Shown piece by piece: positions 10,194-18,099 of a stretch of 64,000 nucleotides of DNA (position 1 is its first letter; each line of letters opens with the position of its first letter). The position numbers and the translations under genes are program-made. Source of the DNA: Marinosulfonomonas sp. (GTDB taxonomy: Bacteria > Pseudomonadota > Alphaproteobacteria > Rhodobacterales > Rhodobacteraceae). The DNA lies in the NCBI GenBank assembly GCA_026984915.1, contig JALSRG010000110.1, positions 131 through 64,130 on the forward strand, given 5' to 3'. A model generated the notes under the pieces. It had not been told where the DNA came from. It was given only the letters and a program-made list of their open reading frames with translations, and did no database searches.

Positions 10194-11981
10194 TCAGAGA
10201 TATTTTTCGACCAGGGGCAGAATTTCGCGCCAATGGCGAAAGAAAATCAACTGCCCGGCGTCCTCGTACAGGCGGAAGTCTATCCAGGGGTAATCCTGCT
10301 CAAATTCCCGCAGCGTTTCGGCGGGCACCTGGGGGTCATGCAAACCATTGATATAGTGAACCGGGACCGAATTCTTCATGTTCTGTATGAGTGGCCCCCA
10401 GTCAGTCGATTCTTGTGCGATGACCTCATTGGAAAATGCGCGGTGTGCGCTGTGTGTTTCTGACAGGCAGACTTCTGACCCGCATACCATGGCTTCAAAC
10501 ACTTCCGGATTCTCGAAGGTTTTTACGTCAGCCGGGGAATCCCCATAGACGGCATTGACGAACCCGTGTTTCCCGAGACGTTTTGCAAGCAAAAACCCTG
10601 CTTTCACCATGAAGGGAAGCAGATGCGGTGTATAGCGGGCGCTGGCCAGAATGAAGCGATGCCATTTGTCCATACGGTCGTATTGTTCGGATCGCGACAG
10701 TGGTAATGTTCCGGCGCAGGCAATCACAGCAGAAACCCGGCCAGGATACTGCCGGTGGAGATGGGCCGTGTAAAATACATCCGAACCGAGGCTAAGAACT
10801 GGTGCGCGTTCGATCTGCAGATGATCCATCAGCGTGGCGATATCGCGGGCAATGGTGATACCCAGATCGGTTTTTCTCGGCAGGGGGGTTGAATTTCCGT
10901 AGCCCGCGCGAATGGGCACAATCACCTTTATCTTGCGCGCTTCGGCTTCGGCCTCCGCACTTGCCGGCCATCGGGTAAGACCATAATCCAGCGGCATGTA
11001 TATAAGTGGTCGCCCGGTCTGGCATCCCAGACGCAGGTACTCCAATTTTCGTCCATCAGGCAAGGTAAGTTCATAAAAGGGACGGGGCGAGAGGGTTTCA
11101 AACCCTTCGGAGAGTGGGCGGGCCTTGGCTGCATGGTTTTCCGTATAGGTCGTGATGTCCATCATCGAAAGTGTGAGGCGCACCAGTTCGGTTTGTGAAC
11201 GTGTCTCTGTTTTGCCAAGAATAGACCGCATTTGCGCGCGCACTGTTTCAATCGAGCGATGGCGCGATTCGGCAATTTCCTTCAGGCTCAGGCATTCGGT
11301 CAAGCCGCGAACCACACCAGCTTCGGCAGCCGTAAGTGAAAAGGCGGATTTGAGGAGGCCGTCAAATCCGTCGGGCCAGGACAGTTCCGAAGTCACGGCA
11401 ATGACAACCGGTTCCGAGTCTTTCGGGTGTAAACTGCGCAGTTGAAAAATGATCAGGCGATGGTTTTTTGTCATGCGGGCCCGGAAAATACTGGCCATGT
11501 CGGAATTGCGCGAAAGCATTTGTTTTATTTTCGTGCAAAAAACATCCAGATCTTCTTTTTCAACCGGCAAGTTGCCAAGGTGATCGCCTTTTGCAATTTT
11601 CAGAACCGAGATGCCGGCCTTGTTGACATCCTTCAGGATCAGGTTGCGATCAACCAAAAATGCGGCTGTTTTTTCTATTGTTTTTAATGGGTTGTCGTCC
11701 GGAGCTTCGATTTTTTCTTCACTCAGGTGCTCCAGAAACTTTCCGGCGCGTTTGAAATGGCTTGCAAATTCCGGGCTGATGTCATCATTCAATAATTTCC
11801 CGTTGGCACCGCGCCGGATCGGGCCGATCAGGCTTTCCCACCTGTCCAAAAGATCCTCATAGCGCATCGGATCAATAGCCACCTCATACAAACGATCGAT
11901 GACTTCGTCACGCAGTTCTGCCTGTTTGGCTGCTTTATCTGCGGACGGTCCTGATCCGTTGTTGTCTTGTGCCTCGGGCAT
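10194..11981 (-). CDS. LuxR/GerE-family HTH regulator fused to a C-terminal alpha/beta-hydrolase-like domain
   Basis: 596 aa from ATG 11981; the listed ORF start at 12137 adds an implausible Cys/Phe-rich leader. The N-terminus EVIDRLYEVAIDPMRYEDLLDRWE resembles solo LuxR sensors. Central GerE HTH: LTAAEAGVVRGLTECLSLKEIAESRHRSIETVRAQMRSILGKT. The C-terminal ~300 aa have an alpha/beta-hydrolase-like pattern (NGLHDPQVP, FFRHW). Confidence 0.7.
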   Translation of the reverse strand: MPEAQDNNGSGPSADKAAKQAELRDEVIDRLYEVAIDPMRYEDLLDRWESLIGPIRRGANGKLLNDDISPEFASHFKRAGKFLEHLSEEKIEAPDDNPLKTIEKTAAFLVDRNLILKDVNKAGISVLKIAKGDHLGNLPVEKEDLDVFCTKIKQMLSRNSDMASIFRARMTKNHRLIIFQLRSLHPKDSEPVVIAVTSELSWPDGFDGLLKSAFSLTAAEAGVVRGLTECLSLKEIAESRHRSIETVRAQMRSILGKTETRSQTELVRLTLSMMDITTYTENHAAKARPLSEGFETLSPRPFYELTLPDGRKLEYLRLGCQTGRPLIYMPLDYGLTRWPASAEAEAEARKIKVIVPIRAGYGNSTPLPRKTDLGITIARDIATLMDHLQIERAPVLSLGSDVFYTAHLHRQYPGRVSAVIACAGTLPLSRSEQYDRMDKWHRFILASARYTPHLLPFMVKAGFLLAKRLGKHGFVNAVYGDSPADVKTFENPEVFEAMVCGSEVCLSETHSAHRAFSNEVIAQESTDWGPLIQNMKNSVPVHYINGLHDPQVPAETLREFEQDYPWIDFRLYEDAGQLIFFRHWREILPLVEKYL

Positions 11982-12179
11982 GGTCAGCGCGCATCCTTTT
12001 TCGTCCCTTTTCCACTCAAATATCAGCCAAAACCTTTCTTCCCCTCCACATTTTCCAAGGCAGAAGGATTTGCGCCAGTTGGCAAAAAGAATGGTTGGAA
12101 AAGGAAACTCTCTGAAGTGATTAATAAAGTTACACAATATTAGAATGGTTTGAAAGATTGATCCAGAAATGAATTTGGG

Positions 12180-13580
12180 TCATTTCGTGGCCACTGTCCT
12201 GTTGTCCCCTTCATTTTCGACGACCTTGCCAGGGTTGAGTATACCGCCACCGTCCAGCGTGTTCTTGATCGCAGCCATCACGTCCCATGCCAGACCATGT
12301 TCAGACCGCATATAGTCCAGTTTTCCCATTCCGACACCATGTTCGCCGGTTACGGTTCCGCCCAATCGCAATGCGCGTTCCGCCATGCGGCCAGCCAGAA
12401 GCCGGGCCTGGGCCAGCTCATCCGGTTTCTGGGGGTCGACCAAAAGAATGGCGTGAAAATTACCGTCGCCCACGTGGCCGAGAATTGGGCCAGGAAGTGG
12501 GCTGGCGTCAATATCCGCCCGCGTTTCACGCACAGCTTCTGCCAGGCGGGAGATAGGAACACAAACGTCTGTCACCAGAGCGGTAGAGCCTTTGCGCAAG
12601 GCAAGGCAAGCATAATATGCTTTGTGCCGCATGTCCCAAAGAGCGTTGCGTTCTTCGGTTTTTGAAGACCACTTGAACCCCGAGCCCCCCATATCTGCAA
12701 CGATTTCGCCAAAGCGTTCCGCCTGTTCCGCCACACCCGCCGGAGAGCCATGGAACTCAACAAGCAAATGCGGCTGTTCGGGCAATCCGGCAGCGGAATA
12801 CAGATTGACAGCCCGAACACTGGCCCTGTCGAGAAATTCGATGCGCGCCATGGGAATACCCATCTGGATCGTCGTGATAACCGTGTTCACCGCATCCTCG
12901 ATTGAATTGAATGCGCAAACCGCCGAAGAGATGGCTTCTGGTTGACCATGCAGGCGCAACGTCAGTTCCGTGATCACGCCCAAAGTCCCTTCGCTGCCGA
13001 CAAAAAGACTGGTCAGATCATAACCAGCGCTGGATTTTCGCGCCCGGCTGCCTGTGCGGATAATGCGCCCGTCGGCCAAAACCACTTCAAGCGCCATGAC
13101 GTTTTCGCGCAAGGTGCCATAGCGTACAGCCGTTGTGCCGCTGGCCCGTGTTGCCGCCATGCCCCCGAGGCTGGCATTCGCCCCCGGATCAACAGGAAAG
13201 AACAGGCCGGTCGTCCGTAACGCCTGGTTCAGTTCCTCGCGGGTCAGGCCCGGTTGCACCACACAGTCCATGTCTTCGGCATGGACTTCCAACAGTTTGT
13301 TCATGCGCCCCATATCCAGAGATATTCCGCCTTTGATGGCCAGGGCATGGCCTTCCAGCGATGTGCCCGTACCCCAGGGGACCACCGGACAGGCATGCCG
13401 CGCGCAGATTTGCAGGATCTGCGACACTTCGGCCGTGGTCAGCGGGTAGGCAACCGCATCTGGCGGGGTTGTTGGAAAGTGCGCCTCGCTCGTGGCATGC
13501 GCTTCCAGTTCAGCCTTGGAACATTGCAGCCGATCGCCTAGGAGTGAAGAAAGATCTGCAATTGCGTTCTGGATGGTCAT
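12180..13580 (-). CDS. FAD-linked oxidase, D-lactate dehydrogenase (cytochrome)/GlcD-like
   Basis: 466 aa. FAD PCMH domain (VVPWGTGTSLEGH) and a C-terminal FAD-oxidase domain (GTVTGEHGVGMGK). Confidence 0.8.
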   Translation of the reverse strand: MTIQNAIADLSSLLGDRLQCSKAELEAHATSEAHFPTTPPDAVAYPLTTAEVSQILQICARHACPVVPWGTGTSLEGHALAIKGGISLDMGRMNKLLEVHAEDMDCVVQPGLTREELNQALRTTGLFFPVDPGANASLGGMAATRASGTTAVRYGTLRENVMALEVVLADGRIIRTGSRARKSSAGYDLTSLFVGSEGTLGVITELTLRLHGQPEAISSAVCAFNSIEDAVNTVITTIQMGIPMARIEFLDRASVRAVNLYSAAGLPEQPHLLVEFHGSPAGVAEQAERFGEIVADMGGSGFKWSSKTEERNALWDMRHKAYYACLALRKGSTALVTDVCVPISRLAEAVRETRADIDASPLPGPILGHVGDGNFHAILLVDPQKPDELAQARLLAGRMAERALRLGGTVTGEHGVGMGKLDYMRSEHGLAWDVMAAIKNTLDGGGILNPGKVVENEGDNRTVATK

Positions 13581-13650
13581 TGCTTGGCCTCATGTTTCGA
13601 ATTTGCAGGCACCCTAGGCCAAGCGGCCAGTCTGGGAAAGCCAAACCAGC

Positions 13651-15366
13651 ATGCCGCAAAGGAAAATGGAGGGCCATTTGGCAGATGTGCGAGACTCACT
13701 GATTGGCCAGCAGATCAGCAGAGGGCTGAGCGAGTTGCGCCAGGCCTGGCGGGTGCTGCGGCACGCTGGCCCGAGTCAAATACAGTTCTGGTTCATTGCA
13801 CTGATGATCGGCATTGCATCCGGGGCGGCAACTGTGCTTTTCCGCGAAGGCATCCTGTTCTTGCAAAGACATCTGTACGGAACGGATGATGTGCACAAGC
13901 TGCATTCACTGCTGCAAGTACTGCCCTGGTATTGGGTGGTGGGCATTCCTGTAATGGGCGGGGTTGCCGTCGGGTTGCTGCTCCACTGGTTCACGCCTGA
14001 CGGGCGGGTGCGCAGTGTGGCGGATGTCATCGAGGGCGCTGCACTTAACAATGGTCGGGTGGAACAGCGCGCTGGCGGCGCTTCGGCTCTGGCGTCATTG
14101 ATCACGCTGTCCACCGGCGGCTCCAGTGGGCGCGAAGGCCCGGTTGTACATATCGCCGGAATGATCGCCACCTGGGTTTCGAACCGCATTAACGCAAGCC
14201 CGATCAATGGGCGGGACTTGTTGGGTTGTGCGGTTGCGGCGGCCGTTTCTGCCAGTTTCAATGCCCCTATTGCCGGCACACTTTTTGCGCTCGAAGTTGT
14301 GTTACGCCATTTTGCCGTGCATGCCTTTGCCCCAATCGTCATAGCCTCGGTCGCAGGCGCTGTGGTCAGCCGTGCAACCTTTGGCGACATCACCGAATTC
14401 GCACTTCCCGTCGAACGGCTGGTCACTTTTTACGCGGAATTACCGGCCTTTTTACTGCTTGGGTTGTTCAGCGGTATTGTTGCTGTTGTGTTGATGCGCA
14501 CGATTTTCTGGGCCGACGACATGGGCGACGCCATACAGAAGCGGGTCAATCTGCCGGGCTGGCTGCGCCCGGCGGTTTCGGGTCTTGTTCTGGGCATTAT
14601 CGCCCTGAAGTATCCGCATATCATCGGGGTCGGCTATGAAACCACGTCTCTGGCCCTGACCGGGCAATTGGAGTTTGGCCAAGCTGTGGTTTTCACGATC
14701 GTGAAAATAATCGCGGTTGCCATCACCATGGCAGGCCTTATGGGGGGCGGTATCTTTTCACCCTCACTTATGGTTGGCGCCCTGAGCGGGCTGGCCTTTG
14801 GCTATGTCGCCACGGGTATTTTCCCCGATTTGTCAGGTTCGCAAACCATGTATGCGCTGGCGGGAATGGGGGCGGTCGCCGCAGCGGTGCTGGGCGCGCC
14901 AATATCAACCACATTGATCGTGTTTGAACTGACCGGCGACTGGCGCACGGGGCTTGCTGTCATGGTTGCGGTCTCCCTGTCCTCTGCGCTGGCCAGCCGG
15001 ATGGTTGACGGGTCTTTCTTCCTTACCTTGCTGGAACGGCGCAATGTTCATCTGGCCGCAGGCCCGCAAGCCTATCTATTGGCGATGTTTTCCGTTGCAC
15101 AGATCATGAGGGGCAAAGATGAAGAGGGGGTGCCATCAGAAGAAGAATGCTGGGAGAAGATCGAGGACGGCATTTATGTGGACGGCAATGCAACCTTGGA
15201 AGCCGCCATGCCGATATTCGAGAAATCCAATCTTTCCTACATTCCCGTTGTCACACTTGGGGGCGAAGGCGAGGCCCCCGAACTGTGGGGTGTATTGTAT
15301 CAGGTGGATGCCCTGCGCGCCTATAATCGCGCCCTGGCCGACACGGCATCTGAAGAACACAGCTGA
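13651..15366 (+). CDS. ClC-family chloride channel/antiporter with C-terminal CBS-like region
   Basis: Multi-pass membrane protein with ClC selectivity motifs GSSGREGP, NAPIAGTLFALE and GGIFSPS. Soluble C-terminal tail. Confidence 0.85.
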   Translation: MPQRKMEGHLADVRDSLIGQQISRGLSELRQAWRVLRHAGPSQIQFWFIALMIGIASGAATVLFREGILFLQRHLYGTDDVHKLHSLLQVLPWYWVVGIPVMGGVAVGLLLHWFTPDGRVRSVADVIEGAALNNGRVEQRAGGASALASLITLSTGGSSGREGPVVHIAGMIATWVSNRINASPINGRDLLGCAVAAAVSASFNAPIAGTLFALEVVLRHFAVHAFAPIVIASVAGAVVSRATFGDITEFALPVERLVTFYAELPAFLLLGLFSGIVAVVLMRTIFWADDMGDAIQKRVNLPGWLRPAVSGLVLGIIALKYPHIIGVGYETTSLALTGQLEFGQAVVFTIVKIIAVAITMAGLMGGGIFSPSLMVGALSGLAFGYVATGIFPDLSGSQTMYALAGMGAVAAAVLGAPISTTLIVFELTGDWRTGLAVMVAVSLSSALASRMVDGSFFLTLLERRNVHLAAGPQAYLLAMFSVAQIMRGKDEEGVPSEEECWEKIEDGIYVDGNATLEAAMPIFEKSNLSYIPVVTLGGEGEAPELWGVLYQVDALRAYNRALADTASEEHS

Positions 15367-15486
15367 TGCAGCAAAGCTGGAAACAGCCTTAAACATAAGG
15401 TGTAAATCGGCTGTTTTGGCTCTTTTGTTGAATTGTCTGTACGATTTCCGGTGATCAAACTGTGAACCACAGGCGGCATCCAGCCT

Positions 15487-16749
15487 TTGGCGCCCCATAT
15501 ATCATGGTTCAGCATATTGTTCTCTGCATCCGACATACATCATAGTCACCCGACATCGGCGAAAGCGGTGCAGCAGATTTACGTTTGGGACCGGTTTGTA
15601 CGGCTGTTCCACTGGGGGTTGCTGGTTGCTGTCACGCTGGCTGCGCTCAGCGGGTTCTGGCTGGGCGCCACCTGGATCAGGCTGCATGTGGTTGCGGGTC
15701 TGCTTGCGGCTTCGTTGGTACTTTTACGCCTGATCTGGGGCCTGACCGGATCACACCACGCCAGATTCAGTTCTTTTGTTCGTGCCCCTCATGAGGTTTT
15801 GGCACATCTGCGAGAGTTGCGCGCGGGCGTTGCGCCACGCCATATCGGGCACAATCCGCTTGGTGCCCTGATGGTTCTGATGCTGCTTGCCGTCGTTCTG
15901 TCTCTGGCCATTACCGGGGTGATGACACTGGGAGGAGAGTTCAAAACGCCGCCTTTGGCCACATTGAGCTATGATCAGGGTCAGTTTGCGCATTATGTGC
16001 ATAAGCTTTTGGCCTGGGGGCTGGGAGGGCTGATAGCATTGCACGTGTTGGGGGCCCTGTTCGAGAGCCTGCGGACAAAGGAAAACCTGCCTGTTGCCAT
16101 GATTACCGGCCGCAAGGCCCTGCGGAATGAAGATGCAGATTTTCCGTCAAATCATTCTGTACGCATTCGCCCTGTCCTGACGGTCATTGCGGCAATGGTT
16201 CTGTTTTCGGGGCTGGCCGGTTGGGCCGGGTTGCCCGGTGGCAGCGGGCATCCGCCGTTGCCGCATGCCCCGGTATCGCCGTCTGCCTTCAATGTCGATT
16301 ACGCCAGCGAATGTAGTGATTGCCATGCCGCCTATCACCCGTCGCTCTTGCCTGGGAGCAGTTGGCAACAGTTGATGGCTCATCTTGACGACCATTTTGG
16401 TGAGGACGCCAGCCTTGAGGCGCAAACAGCACAGGAAATCAGCGACTGGTTGGTAACGGTATCGGCGGATCAGGTTGACAGCAAACCCGCACACGTGTTC
16501 CGGAAAGTTTCTCCGGCACACCCCGATGCGATCAGCCTTACCCCGTTCTGGCAAAAAACCCATGCGGCCATTCCAAAGAAGACATTCAGCCAGCCCCCCA
16601 TCTATGGTGCGTTCAATTGCGCGGCCTGCCATGCTGATGCGGCGACAGGTTGGTTCTTTCCATCCAATATATCAATTCCGAAACCACCTATCACCATTCA
16701 CGGAAACACATCTCTGGTTTCGGTCCCATCCGCCATAGTAGAGGAGTAG
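15487..16749 (+). CDS. cytochrome b (b561/Ni-hydrogenase CYTB type) fused to a dihaem cytochrome c (DHC) domain
   Basis: N-terminal 4-TM region with conserved His residues (FHWGLLVAV, HVVAGLLAAS, HNPLGALMV, HKLLAWGLGGLIALHVLG). C-terminal domain has two CxxCH motifs (CSDCH, CAACH) and the DHC-like segment SWQQLMAHLDDHFGEDASL. The start is uncertain: TTG 15487 or GTG 15568. Confidence 0.7.
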   Translation: MAPHISWFSILFSASDIHHSHPTSAKAVQQIYVWDRFVRLFHWGLLVAVTLAALSGFWLGATWIRLHVVAGLLAASLVLLRLIWGLTGSHHARFSSFVRAPHEVLAHLRELRAGVAPRHIGHNPLGALMVLMLLAVVLSLAITGVMTLGGEFKTPPLATLSYDQGQFAHYVHKLLAWGLGGLIALHVLGALFESLRTKENLPVAMITGRKALRNEDADFPSNHSVRIRPVLTVIAAMVLFSGLAGWAGLPGGSGHPPLPHAPVSPSAFNVDYASECSDCHAAYHPSLLPGSSWQQLMAHLDDHFGEDASLEAQTAQEISDWLVTVSADQVDSKPAHVFRKVSPAHPDAISLTPFWQKTHAAIPKKTFSQPPIYGAFNCAACHADAATGWFFPSNISIPKPPITIHGNTSLVSVPSAIVEE

Positions 16750-16754
16750 AATAC

Positions 16755-17171
16755 ATGAAAGGAAGATTGGCCCTGGTGCGAACCGCCGTGGTTTTGACAC
16801 TGGCGTTTGCGCTCGTCACGCCATCGGTTGCGGCGGCGGGTGCGCGCAGCAGCATTATCGCCGGGTTTGCTGCCAAGGCGGGCAAGCCGTTATCGGCGGC
16901 GCGCGGCAAGGCGTTTTTCACGGGCAAGCATACGGGGGGCAAGCCGGAAACCCCCACATGCCTGACATGCCATACCAGCAACCTGCGCGGCATGGGAAAG
17001 ACCCGCGCCGGCAAGGCGATCAAGCCGATGGCGGTGTCCGCCAATCCGGAACGGTTCACAGACCCAAAGAAAGTGGCGAAATGGTTTCGCCGCAATTGCA
17101 AGACAGTCCTTGGGCGCGAATGCACAGCCCAGGAAAAGGGCGATGTTCTGACCTGGCTGGCCACGCAATAA
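16755..17171 (+). CDS. monohaem c-type cytochrome, DUF1924 / SHP-like
   Basis: GAGGAG RBS, signal peptide (ALVTPSVAAAG), a single CLTCH motif and a second Cys pair (RNCKTVLGRECT). The mature size of about 110 aa and the position next to DHC and cyt b match the SHP-DHC-cyt b arrangement recalled from Rhodobacter. Confidence 0.6.
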   Translation: MKGRLALVRTAVVLTLAFALVTPSVAAAGARSSIIAGFAAKAGKPLSAARGKAFFTGKHTGGKPETPTCLTCHTSNLRGMGKTRAGKAIKPMAVSANPERFTDPKKVAKWFRRNCKTVLGRECTAQEKGDVLTWLATQ

Positions 17172-17207
17172 GGCAGAACCGGCCAGCAACCCCAAAAAGG
17201 AGAAACA

Positions 17208-17633
17208 ATGAAACAGATATTCAAACCGGCCATTGCTATCGCATTAATGGCCTTTGCCGCAGGCGGTGCACAGGCTGCCAGCACTGGTGCCAAAGCGTTT
17301 CAGAGCGAATGTTCAGCCTGCCATATGGCTTTCCCGCCCAATCTTTTGCCAAAGCAGAGCTGGGATCAAATTCTTGCCACGCTTGACAATCATTTTGGCG
17401 AGGATGCCAGCCTGGATGCCTCTGTTGTCAGTGACATCAGGCAATATCTGGATGCAAATGCCGGAAGATTCCGCTCAGTCCCAAACCCGCCGCCACTGCG
17501 CATTACCGAGTTGCGCTGGTTTCGCGGAGAGCATGGGCGAATGTTCAAGCGGGCAAAAGCTGATCCGAAGATCGGAACCATGTCCAATTGCCTCGCCTGC
17601 CATCGCGGTGGTGCAACCCAAGATAATGACTGA
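17208..17633 (+). CDS. dihaem cytochrome c (DHC)
   Basis: Signal peptide. CSACH and CLACH haem motifs. SWDQILATLDNHFGEDASL is paralogous to the C-terminus of the upstream cyt b fusion. Confidence 0.75.
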   Translation: MKQIFKPAIAIALMAFAAGGAQAASTGAKAFQSECSACHMAFPPNLLPKQSWDQILATLDNHFGEDASLDASVVSDIRQYLDANAGRFRSVPNPPPLRITELRWFRGEHGRMFKRAKADPKIGTMSNCLACHRGGATQDND

Positions 17634-17682
17634 CAAAGTGCGGCGATTGAGTAGAGATAAAGACCCTGTGTTCGTAACAGAG

Positions 17683-18027
17683 TTACAACTCTTCCACAGT
17701 CACCTGCAACGGATCAAAGGCTAGGTAGCCCTTGATCCGGTCAGCCGTTTCGATCGGATTTTCATAGGACCATACGGCGTTTTGCAATACCGCGCTTTTG
17801 GTGTGGATCGAATAATAGCTTGCCACCCCTTTGTATGGGCAGGTTGTCGTCTGGTTGCTCGGCTCCAGAAAGGCCATTGCCACATCTTCACGTGGAAAAT
17901 AGATTACGGCGGGACGGTCACCTTCGTTCAGTTCAACGGTCTTGCCGGATTCTCCCAGAATGGCGCCGCCGGCGCGTACAACCCATTTTCCACCTGTTTC
18001 CCGGATCCTGATCTGCACTGCAGGCAT
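17683..18027 (-). CDS. DUF427 domain protein
   Basis: Small protein with DUF427-like motifs (YFPREDV, CPYKGVASYYS, AVWSYENP). ATG 18027 is preceded by a GGGAGGG RBS. Confidence 0.7.
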   Translation of the reverse strand: MPAVQIRIRETGGKWVVRAGGAILGESGKTVELNEGDRPAVIYFPREDVAMAFLEPSNQTTTCPYKGVASYYSIHTKSAVLQNAVWSYENPIETADRIKGYLAFDPLQVTVEEL

Positions 18028-18099
18028 GGCAGCCCTCCCGACTGTTTTGTTGTGGTTGAGCACAGACCATAGCAGGCCCTACCGGTACATGTCATCTGT

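Noticed and set aside
11982-12137. N-terminal extensions implied by the longest-ORF coordinates. Examples: 12137 for the LuxR fusion, 22940 cobS, 26460 VPLPA protein, 43957 DUF523, 54981 DppF-like and 41494 IorB-like.
   Set aside because: The internal ATG or GTG starts were preferred for three reasons:
- They have better RBS spacing.
- They expose the signal peptides.
- They overlap upstream stops in the usual 4-8 nt coupling pattern.

The extensions are compositionally odd and overlap neighbouring genes or spacers.
13581-13650. Fluoride or other riboswitch in front of the ClC channel gene, plus a 9-bp inverted repeat gcttggcct...aggccaagc.
   Set aside because: - The spacer is only 70 bp and lacks the crcB-motif core (GGCGATGG...CTGATGATGCCTAC-like).
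- A 9-bp inverted repeat at this spacing is expected by chance several times in the window.
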